In this document: positions 44,963 to 52,540 of the stretch, in pieces
Numbering within the stretch: position 1 is the first letter of the stretch
Layout: every line of letters starts with the position of its first letter
NCBI GenBank assembly: GCA_903863425.1
Contig: CAIPBY010000086.1
Span: forward strand, 1-55,488
DNA from: Candidatus Buchananbacteria bacterium
GTDB taxonomy: Bacteria; Patescibacteriota; Patescibacteriia; 2-01-FULL-39-33
Reading direction: 5' to 3'
DNA: 55,488 bases
Translations under genes and position numbers: made by a program
Notes under the pieces: model-generated
Seen by the model: only the letters and a program-made list of their open reading frames with translations
Database searches by the model: none
Told to the model about the DNA's origin: nothing

Positions 44963-46585
44963 CATAACGGAACAATTAGACGCTAAAGCGTCTTTTTTGT
45001 TTGTATTCATTGATGTTTCTGCGGTTATAGTGGACTGCTTATTGCTATTGTACTCAAAAATGAATCTATGTGGCGAAGTTTCATTATTTGCCAATACTTT
45101 CGCGGTTATTGTCGGGTTATAGTAGATGAACTGAAAAATATCTCTTCTTTGCTCTGGTGATCCATTTTTAAACTTGATATTTAGATTCTTCATAAAATCA
45201 ACATACCGAGTACAAAGGTCAAACCAGCGCTGACTCTGGCTCTCAGTGTCTTCCATTTTCTCTTTAATTATCTTAATTTCTTCTTGGGTCTCCTTTTTTT
45301 GATCTATAAATTCATTATCAGTTAATAGATTGCCGTCTTTATTGTCGGGAGATATTCTTAACCGCAATAAGTTGTCTAATCGTTGCTTACAGCGATTTAA
45401 CTCCGCTTGTTGTTGTTTAATAATGGCTTCCTGTTGCGAGAGTTCTTTTTCGTTTTCGGCAGTTATCTCTTCCATGGCCAACTTATAAAAATCTTCATCC
45501 ATAGTTAGCTCATCCATCTTCTTAGATATTTGCTCCTCCAACTCAGTCTCTCTGATGTAACTTAATCCTGTGCATTTACAACAACGATAGTACGGTAGGC
45601 CTTTTGAAGTAATACCAGAAATATTTCCACCACAAATACCGCATGCAATTAGGTTAGAATATGGATAAAAGCGTTTTTTGCCGACAGGTGTGCTTCTTAA
45701 TCCCAATACTTCTTGCACCCGCTCAAATAGCTCTTTACTAATTATTGGATCATGTCTCGTCTCTGTCGGTGATTCGTAGGGCTCTATAATTCTGCCCGTC
45801 CATCTTATTCCTCCATAATAAAATGGATTAGTCAAAATACGATATAGACTTGATTTAACCATTTTCTTTTCACTTCTACCGCCAGTTAAGCCCCATTTGA
45901 ATGCCTCGCCCCTTAATTTATCAAGCGTATAATGACCAGTGGAGCACTCCTCAAATAATTTCATTATTAACGGGTATAAAAAGGGATCTTTCTCAACTCT
46001 TTTTAATGGCCGTCCTAGATCGCCAAGCGCTACTTGTTTATCTAGCGAGTAAGTCTTGCCAGATATCTTGCCGTTAGGATCAATATTTAAATATCCCCTT
46101 GGAGCAAAATTTGGTATTTCACCTTTATTGAGTTTAGATTGGATATCTCTTTTAACAAACTCCGAAGTATCATCGGAGCTTTTTTTAGACATAGCAAATT
46201 GGAGGGCTAGAATAAACTCTTGTCCTGAATTCTTGGCGTATATTTCATGCGGAGTTCGCACTTCCTTGATGATGCCCTCTTTAAGCATATCCATTATTAG
46301 GCCTGCATCTCTCATATTTCTTGATAAGCGCGAAATATGGTATACCAAAACGGCATTAGCTTTGCCTTGCTCTATAAGCTCAATCAATTCGGCAAACTTG
46401 TCTCTGCCTTGCTTGTATGCTGATTGCGCCTCCTCTAGATCGGCGACAATTTTTAGATCGTGCTGATTGGCAAACTTAATTAGCTCTCTTTTTTGAGAAT
46501 CTAAACTTAAGGTCTGCTTATCCTCACCCTCAGAGGATTTGCGCCTGTAAATAATGTATTTTAATTGTTCTGGCTTATTTTCCAT
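44924..46585 (-). CDS. Large serine recombinase (integrase)
   Basis: MENKPEQLKYIIYRRKSSEGEDKQTLSLDSQ is the resolvase catalytic N-terminus with the Ser nucleophile region. LVYHISRLSRN and the zinc ribbon CGICGG..YYRCCKC precede a coiled-coil. The start is set at 46585; the track's upstream Met at 46630 lies in an inverted-repeat region. The last 13 codons plus the stop are encoded by the antisense of tRNA-Asp. Confidence 0.85.
   Translation of the reverse strand: MENKPEQLKYIIYRRKSSEGEDKQTLSLDSQKRELIKFANQHDLKIVADLEEAQSAYKQGRDKFAELIELIEQGKANAVLVYHISRLSRNMRDAGLIMDMLKEGIIKEVRTPHEIYAKNSGQEFILALQFAMSKKSSDDTSEFVKRDIQSKLNKGEIPNFAPRGYLNIDPNGKISGKTYSLDKQVALGDLGRPLKRVEKDPFLYPLIMKLFEECSTGHYTLDKLRGEAFKWGLTGGRSEKKMVKSSLYRILTNPFYYGGIRWTGRIIEPYESPTETRHDPIISKELFERVQEVLGLRSTPVGKKRFYPYSNLIACGICGGNISGITSKGLPYYRCCKCTGLSYIRETELEEQISKKMDELTMDEDFYKLAMEEITAENEKELSQQEAIIKQQQAELNRCKQRLDNLLRLRISPDNKDGNLLTDNEFIDQKKETQEEIKIIKEKMEDTESQSQRWFDLCTRYVDFMKNLNIKFKNGSPEQRRDIFQFIYYNPTITAKVLANNETSPHRFIFEYNSNKQSTITAETSMNTNKKDALASNCSVMRTGRDSNPQPRP
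44978..44998 (+). terminator. Intrinsic terminator after tRNA-Asp
   Basis: AGACGC-TAAA-GCGTCT followed by TTTTTT. Confidence 0.75.
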
Positions 46586-46732
46586 ATTTTTATAATTCAA
46601 AAAGGGACAACCGAACTGTTGCACACACATTATAAAACAGAGCGTTTTTTAATGAGTCAGTCAGTTGTCCCTTTTTGGGCAATAAAAAAACTCTATTTCT
46701 GAATGTGTGTGCAATTAAATGATACCATAAAT

Positions 46733-46894
46733 TTATCTACTAGTAAAACTGGGCGAGGGGTCGGGATAATTGACTATTTTAATAATTTTAACTAGTCGTG
46801 AGAATATTTCAAATGCTTCCTGTCGTGATAATTTGATTGAGTATTTCTTTTCATACAAATCAATAAATTTTTTCAAGCGTTGTTCATTAACCAT
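46733..46894 (-). CDS. Hypothetical small protein (53 aa)
   Basis: MVNEQRLKKFIDLYEKKYSIKLSRQEAFEIFSRLVKIIKIV... A strong SD-like GGGAGGG lies 6 nt upstream of this ATG. The track's longer version starts further upstream. Confidence 0.5.
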   Translation of the reverse strand: MVNEQRLKKFIDLYEKKYSIKLSRQEAFEIFSRLVKIIKIVNYPDPSPSFTSR

Positions 46895-47067
46895 ATAACC
46901 CTCCCGAATCATGGCGAACAATTTTAGTGAAAAGCGAAACAACCTCAGTGCGACTGAATTTATTAAAATAATATTTTATTGAGATTATTTTGCTGGTCAT
47001 TTATTTATCTAACTTATTAAAGTGTTGGCTCTTGAGGTTGTTTAAAACCCCAAGAGCCAGTAATTAT

Positions 47068-47316
47068 TTATTTCTTCTTGGCCTCAGAGATGATTTTTTT
47101 GCTCTTGTTTAGTTTTTTATTTTTCTTCTCCTCAGAAAGCACTGGACAGCTATCAAGCGAGCAATTGTCATGATCTTTGCATATTTTTTCGCAATAGAAT
47201 GACGACTGCATTTTAACCAAATCAATCAGCAAGTCTATTGCATATTTCTTGGGCATAATTTCGAAATCTTTCTTGAGATCAGCTACGCGAGCCAACCATA
47301 GTTTCTTTGGTTTCAT
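47068..47316 (-). CDS. Hypothetical small Cys-containing, Lys-rich protein (82 aa)
   Basis: ORF only. It contains CEKICKDHDNCSLDSCP. Confidence 0.45.
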   Translation of the reverse strand: MKPKKLWLARVADLKKDFEIMPKKYAIDLLIDLVKMQSSFYCEKICKDHDNCSLDSCPVLSEEKKNKKLNKSKKIISEAKKK

Positions 47317-47507
47317 AGTTTTGTTATTTAGTTAATAATTTAATTTGGTCTTTTCGACCCGACCGCGCGCACCACACCCATGAGATTATGGCTTACTACT
47401 GCTATAGCTAGGGCTAATACTAGGCACTAGTACAAAGTGCATAATTAACTCCTCAACTCTGCACCCCCTAACAATAATGTCTTTACGGCCGCCAATTGTG
47501 CAAAATT

Positions 47508-48317
47508 TCAGCATTTGCTTGTCTGGCAGTGGTGCTGATTTGGCGGTCGTCTAGACACCACTCTCAGGGCATATCCAGTAAAGTAAAATATATCTGGATA
47601 TCTAGCGGCTAGATAGTGTCCGTGCGGTGTTTTACATTCAAAGTACTTGTAAAAATCCTCATGTATTTCTTTACCTATCTGTTTATCTGGCATTATTTCA
47701 TCATTGTGAAATAGCCATTGTCCAAACTTTTCGTTGATTTTAAGGTGCTTATAGAATCTGATATTTTTTTCCTTCTTTGCTTTGGCAACCCTGAGATTAT
47801 CTCTAATAGTCGTCACACATAGATTTAGCGCCTCACTGGCTCGACTTTGGGATATTCTGCCATAGGTTATCCGTCTATATTTTGGCTTCTTCCGCAAGTC
47901 ATTTTCGAAATATATTTTAGTGATGTAGGCGGACAATTTTTTGTTGGATGAAAGATTTTTTAAAAAGATAGTATTGGCTCGCTCGGTTCTTATTATTGTT
48001 CGTCCATAGCGTAATCTATGCTTATTCATAATCCTTATCGCTGAAACTGGAAACATCTTTTGCTTACTGACATATCGGAATAGTCCAGATCTCATTAGCT
48101 TTCTCTTAAACAATTTGAATTGTTTGATTTTAACAACTTTCATTACTTGAGTAGTATCTGCCCAATTGCCCTGATTAGCACATAGCGTTCTTGTTGCCAG
48201 CCACGCTCTTAATCCTAACAATTGATCAAAATGATGCTTACAGAAGTGAAATAGAATGCGAATGGGAATATTAGCAAGTTTCGGCTCACCCCTGTTTTTA
48301 GGTTTTAGATCTTTCAT
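47508..48317 (-). CDS. Hypothetical basic protein with a probable HTH (possible replication or regulatory protein of the element)
   Basis: 269 aa and Arg/Lys-rich. ISQSRASEALNLCVTTIRDNL looks like an HTH. I recognise no family. Confidence 0.45.
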   Translation of the reverse strand: MKDLKPKNRGEPKLANIPIRILFHFCKHHFDQLLGLRAWLATRTLCANQGNWADTTQVMKVVKIKQFKLFKRKLMRSGLFRYVSKQKMFPVSAIRIMNKHRLRYGRTIIRTERANTIFLKNLSSNKKLSAYITKIYFENDLRKKPKYRRITYGRISQSRASEALNLCVTTIRDNLRVAKAKKEKNIRFYKHLKINEKFGQWLFHNDEIMPDKQIGKEIHEDFYKYFECKTPHGHYLAARYPDIFYFTGYALRVVSRRPPNQHHCQTSKC

Positions 48318-48570
48318 AGTATTGATTTAAAATTGATTCATTTATGGCTATTTGCAGTTCTGGGTCGTGAATTTTTATAAAGCTGAGGTACTTGCCATTT
48401 TTTTTAGTTGTTGGGTTCTTAACTACTGGATTTGGGTATGTTTGATTATGCAAAACCGTAAAGCCGATTATTTCTATGGCTTCGTTAATTACGACATTAG
48501 CTGTGGCTTTCAGGCTCGTGGTCGTTTGAGGTGTTAACCTAAATTTAGTTATTTTTATTTGGTGAATCAT
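48298..48570 (-). CDS. SpoVG-like small nucleic-acid-binding protein
   Basis: 90 aa. IKITKFRL..SLKATANVVINEAIEIIGFTVLHNQ...KKNGKYLSFIKIHDPELQIAINESILNQY parallels B. subtilis SpoVG ([29 protein letters not shown]...[27 protein letters not shown]), as recalled from memory. Confidence 0.45.
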   Translation of the reverse strand: MIHQIKITKFRLTPQTTTSLKATANVVINEAIEIIGFTVLHNQTYPNPVVKNPTTKKNGKYLSFIKIHDPELQIAINESILNQYYERSKT

Positions 48571-48661
48571 GTTGAGTGGCTGAAATAAAATGAAAAAACA
48601 AAAAAAGTATCATGTCTTAATGATACCTTTTTGAGCTTTTAAAATATAAGAAATAAGTGTA

Positions 48662-49441
48662 CTACAGTTTTTTCTTCCTTTCTCTAATTATGGTTTTGAT
48701 CCTACGTGTTTCAGCATACCCATAGTTGCTTTTTGAGATAAATGTTTCCTGAACTAGTTTTCCTAGCTTGGCGTCTTCCATGTCTATGTGTGCCTCAATA
48801 AAATCTAGAATTTCTTTTTTTGGTTTAATCCTAATTCTTCCAATTTTACAATTTCGATCTTGGAGTAATTTTAACCTTGGCCTAATTTGTGTTTTATAAT
48901 TTTTTTCTACATAATCGACAATATCCCTTCTAGAGGCGTAAGGGCTGATTCTGATTGAAATAGGGAAATACTCATATGCTGCTTCATCATCTTCCTTTCT
49001 ACATCCCATAGCGCAAATAGTATTTACTGGCTCTCTTGTTGGTTTTCTTGTGGTATTGAATAGTATATATACCAGCATGGGTACAGCCCAATAAGTATAG
49101 TACAATTTATATTCTTTACATATATTTTCTGCTTCATTTTTAAGCGATAATATTAGTGAATGATCGCTTAATGGGAAATCAATCTCTAGACCCTCTTTTG
49201 GTATAGACGAGTAATGAGATATTTTAATCATCTCGGCATAGTTTTCTAAATTTTCTGGCGTATATCCATTGAGGGGTATATTGTATTTTCCCCTAATCCC
49301 AGCTATCTGCTTACTAACTTCATCTAATTTGATTATAGCCAAAAAATAATTCCAAAGTTTCTCAAATCCTTGGCTTTTTCTGGGTCTTATTTTCTTTCGT
49401 TTTAGATCTGGTAGTTTCATTTTTTTAGTCGGTTGGCACAT
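48662..49441 (-). CDS. Hypothetical protein (259 aa)
   Basis: ORF only. An alternative start gives MKLPDLKRKK (49420). It is followed by the hairpin GTATCAT..ATGATAC (48607-48626), which is flanked by A and T runs. Confidence 0.5.
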   Translation of the reverse strand: MCQPTKKMKLPDLKRKKIRPRKSQGFEKLWNYFLAIIKLDEVSKQIAGIRGKYNIPLNGYTPENLENYAEMIKISHYSSIPKEGLEIDFPLSDHSLILSLKNEAENICKEYKLYYTYWAVPMLVYILFNTTRKPTREPVNTICAMGCRKEDDEAAYEYFPISIRISPYASRRDIVDYVEKNYKTQIRPRLKLLQDRNCKIGRIRIKPKKEILDFIEAHIDMEDAKLGKLVQETFISKSNYGYAETRRIKTIIRERKKKL

Positions 49442-49698
49442 GTGGATTTAACTAGTTTTTCCCATCCCACGGCCTTTTTGAAGATTCTAATATGGGTTTC
49501 AGACAAAATTTAACCCCCCTATCTTTTTGGGACAGCACACATAAATAAATTAGTGTTCGCTGGGGTTATTTTTTATCTAAGAATAAACAAAATAATACCA
49601 CTTTATCCTATCAATTTATCTACCACTAAAATATATTATCAAGAATATAATTATATTATACATAAAAATCTGGTATTTAGCCTCTTTTTTAGTATTTA

Positions 49699-49727
49699 TT
49701 GAATTTATTGTCTAGTTTTGATATAGT
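49699..49727 (+). promoter_or_regulatory. Sigma70-like promoter
   Basis: TTGAAT (49699-49704), a 17-nt spacer, then TATAGT (49722-49727). It sits in a long AT-rich divergent intergenic region. Confidence 0.5.
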
Positions 49728-49758
49728 AGGAATACAATAATGACCTAAATTACTAGAT

Positions 49759-49885
49759 TCTAGTGACATGGTCGCAAGTCCAGTTAGACATGAAGAACCC
49801 ATCATGTGTTTTTTGTCTAACTGGCCGTTTCGGGAAACCGAAATGAGTGGCGCAAGTCACTAGACTCACGTGGTGGGCTTTTTGA
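49759..49885 (+). ncRNA. Structured 5' leader or small RNA with mutually exclusive helices and GNRA tetraloops
   Basis: TCTAGTGAC (49759-67) pairs with GTCACTAGA (49856-64). CCAGTTAGACA (49780-90) pairs with TGTCTAACTGG (49813-23). TTTCGG-GAAA-CCGAAA is a hairpin. GTGGC-GCAA-GTCAC competes with the first helix. CCCATCATGTG (49798-808) pairs with CACGTGGTGGG (49868-78), followed by CTTTTT. Confidence 0.45.
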
Positions 49886-49904
49886 TTGTTTAAATTAAAA
49901 AAAT

Positions 49905-50132
49905 ATGAAGTTTATATTTTATTTTTTAGTGAGCTATCTCTTGTATGGTGCTTTTTTGATTGGGCGCGATTTTACTACTAACTGGAGGAATGCTCCTGAA
50001 TATGTGCGAGATCCCAATCCAGTCATGATAATTTATGCCTTAATCCGTAAGCCATTATTGATCAATGGTGTCGCCATGTGCTTGGTAATAGTGGGTGTGA
50101 TTGGGCTTATTCTGTTTTTTATATTCGGTTAA
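49905..50132 (+). CDS. Small two-TM membrane protein (75 aa)
   Basis: MKFIFYFLVSYLLYGAFLIG... and LLINGVAMCLVIVGVIGLILFFIFG. Confidence 0.5.
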   Translation: MKFIFYFLVSYLLYGAFLIGRDFTTNWRNAPEYVRDPNPVMIIYALIRKPLLINGVAMCLVIVGVIGLILFFIFG

Positions 50133-50136
50133 TCAT

Positions 50137-51588
50137 ATGGATAAACCAATGAAAACTCGCCTAACCCCGCCAGAGTGGTTCGTTTTGTTTCTCCGCGACA
50201 AGAAGTACCCGAACGAAGACAAGGGCTCATTAAATAGAGCAGAGTTCCTGGCCTTGAATAACTGGAAACCGAGGAAAGATGAGGAAAAGGAATTCAATCA
50301 ACTCATGAGCCAATGGCAGAATATCTTGTTTGCGGAGATAGGCGCTAAGATGGCATTTTACGGCCTTGAGTGGCAGTGTTTTAAGGCCAGAGACTGGTTG
50401 ATGTATTTCAGCTATAAGGATCAAGAATTTGGTCTATTAAAGAATTATGTGGAGAATCACATAAACTCGTCAACATTTGACCCGCTGGATATTCTACTTA
50501 GAAATAGCTGGATTGAATTTGACCACCTGACATATCTGCTGACTTTTGAATTGATGGATTTGGGACTGCGCAAGGATTTATGGATTTGTGATCGCAATGT
50601 CATGTTAGTAGAGAACTATTTGAGGGATCAAGAAACTGTCGCCGACATATTGATTGTCAATGGCGGCCTCACTGAAGTGGCCAAAGAAAAGATAGCCGAG
50701 GCCATAGTCAACAAAATGCACTGCGGCGCTTATCCCGATTATCGATTTTTTCTGTATTGGTATGACTTCATTATGTTCCCAACCATAGAAATAGGCAGAA
50801 GATTTGTTAAGCGCCATAATGTTTATTGTTTGCCGACAGAGCAGGAGAAGAAAGAGCATAAATGCGCCAGCTCTAAAATACTGGAAGAATTCACCTTAAA
50901 AAGAGCAATAGTTGATCATGTCCAGAAATACAACATTAACTTAAAAGAGCAATTCCAAGATATTGCCAAGGAATTATTGGATGAGGGATTGTTGGAAACT
51001 CTCCCGCTTTTCTGGGGCAATAGCAATCAGATTAAGGGCGATAAAGGAGAACACACCAATTATAGCGGCCAGAAGCTATATGATGAGTGGAAACGTTATA
51101 AAGGCTTGGCCGAAGCTGAATTACAATATTTGGTCAGTGGCGGATCGCTGGAAGTAGGTTATCTGGACAAACGCAAATATTGTTCCTTTGCTAAGGAGGA
51201 AAATAAAGTTGTCTCGGCTAAGAGCTTGTATGAGCTAAAGAGCGATTATGGGCTGGTCAGGGATTTTAAACAACAGATGTCTGATCTGCAATTTCTCGGC
51301 CCTATGATAAGTCTGTGGGACAAGAAGAGTTATGGAAGCAATCGCTTGATTCTTTCGCAGTCGACGGAGACCATCAAAAAGTCAGCCGAGATTCTCGGAG
51401 CCGATTTTAGCGATAAGATCGAAGAAATTAAGGGCTACATTGATGAACTAGATAAGCTCGCAAAAAAAGTTGATGATCAGGCCGATAGCTTGGTTGACTG
51501 CTATGTGGCCAACGGTTGGAATAATACAGCAACAAGAAAATTTTCTATCAGAATTAAATTGTCTTCACTAAAAGATCTACAATTATGA
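50137..51588 (+). CDS. Hypothetical 483-aa protein, no recognisable family
   Basis: The start was moved to MDKPMKTRL (ATG 50137), 4 nt after the upstream stop. It overlaps the SppA start by 4 nt (ATGA). Confidence 0.6.
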   Translation: MDKPMKTRLTPPEWFVLFLRDKKYPNEDKGSLNRAEFLALNNWKPRKDEEKEFNQLMSQWQNILFAEIGAKMAFYGLEWQCFKARDWLMYFSYKDQEFGLLKNYVENHINSSTFDPLDILLRNSWIEFDHLTYLLTFELMDLGLRKDLWICDRNVMLVENYLRDQETVADILIVNGGLTEVAKEKIAEAIVNKMHCGAYPDYRFFLYWYDFIMFPTIEIGRRFVKRHNVYCLPTEQEKKEHKCASSKILEEFTLKRAIVDHVQKYNINLKEQFQDIAKELLDEGLLETLPLFWGNSNQIKGDKGEHTNYSGQKLYDEWKRYKGLAEAELQYLVSGGSLEVGYLDKRKYCSFAKEENKVVSAKSLYELKSDYGLVRDFKQQMSDLQFLGPMISLWDKKSYGSNRLILSQSTETIKKSAEILGADFSDKIEEIKGYIDELDKLAKKVDDQADSLVDCYVANGWNNTATRKFSIRIKLSSLKDLQL

Positions 51589-52412
51589 AATTCTACCTAT
51601 CGTCAAAAATTAAGAAAATAGTCAAAATTACATCTATTGTTATTCTTGCTGTAACAGTAATAATTTTTTGGGTTGTCGTCTCTTGTTTGTTTATTGACGA
51701 GTGGCCAAGTAATAATAAAGATAAGAGTGATTGTAACGTGGCCAACATCAAGTTGTACGGCGATTTATATACCTATGTCAAAGAAACTGATGATTGCAAA
51801 GATTGCGCCTCATCAGAAGAAGTGGTTAATCAGATCAGGGACGCTGAAGCAAATAATGATATTAAAGCAATATTACTTACTATTGATTCTACTGGTGGCA
51901 ACCCTGTGGCGGCCGAAGAAATTGCCAACACCCTAAAACAAGCGAGCAAGCCAACCGTGGCTCTAATAAGAAGTAGCGGTGATTCTGGGGCATATTTTGC
52001 AGCTACTGGCGCTGAGAGAATATTTGCCAGTGACATGTCAGATGTAGGATCAATAGGTATAACTTCTTCGTATGTAGATAATTCTAAAAAGAATCAGAAA
52101 GATGGCCTGACATATAATTCGCTCAGTCTTGGAAAATACAAGGATACTGGCAATCCAGATAAGCCATTAACCGATGAAGAAAAGAAAATGATATTAAATG
52201 ATTTGCAAGTTGGCTATGATATATTTATTAAGAATGTGGCTAATAATAGACACTTAGATATAGAGAAAGTTAAAGCGCTGGCTGATGGCAATAGTATGGA
52301 TGGTCAAAAAGCCTTGGATAATGGCCTCATAGATCAATTAGGTAGTTTGTCGGATGTTGAGACATATTTGGCCAATAAGATCGGCGGAGAGACACTATAC
52401 GTCTGTCGTTAA
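51585..52412 (+). CDS. sppA: Membrane-anchored S49 family signal peptide peptidase (SppA, 36K type)
   Basis: An N-terminal TM segment. IKAILLTIDSTGGNPVAAEEIANTLKQASKPTVALIRSSGDSGAYFAATGAERIFA contains the Ser nucleophile region. SIGITSS, GKYKDTGNPDKPLTDEEKKM and DGQKALDNGLIDQLG also fit. Confidence 0.8.
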   Translation: MKFYLSSKIKKIVKITSIVILAVTVIIFWVVVSCLFIDEWPSNNKDKSDCNVANIKLYGDLYTYVKETDDCKDCASSEEVVNQIRDAEANNDIKAILLTIDSTGGNPVAAEEIANTLKQASKPTVALIRSSGDSGAYFAATGAERIFASDMSDVGSIGITSSYVDNSKKNQKDGLTYNSLSLGKYKDTGNPDKPLTDEEKKMILNDLQVGYDIFIKNVANNRHLDIEKVKALADGNSMDGQKALDNGLIDQLGSLSDVETYLANKIGGETLYVCR

Positions 52413-52540
52413 AACAATAATTGAAACAGCGAGAGCGGACATAGAATCCGCTCTCGCTTTGGCTTTGACTTTTACGCTCAAATATGGCATTATAAAAGCA
52501 ATTTAACTCCCAATAAAATATAATATCAACGAAATAATAT

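Noticed and set aside
44832-45122. A 96-aa plus-strand ORF spanning tRNA-Asp.
   Set aside because: It reads through the REP-like hairpins, the tRNA and its terminator, and it overlaps the recombinase 3' end. It is not a gene.
47317-47507. A GC-rich patch (GGTCTTTTCGACCCGACCGCGCGCACCACACCC) and CTAG-rich segment between two island genes, as a possible tRNA remnant or att site.
   Set aside because: I could not fold it into a tRNA-like structure or find a matching repeat elsewhere in the window. The evidence is insufficient.
49905-52412. Reading the 483-aa protein plus the S49 peptidase as a lambda-like portal and prohead protease pair (a prophage head module).
   Set aside because: The S49 protein has an N-terminal TM anchor and cellular SppA-type motifs. 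No terminase, capsid or tail genes flank it. The call is kept open only as a way to refute the defence-system idea.
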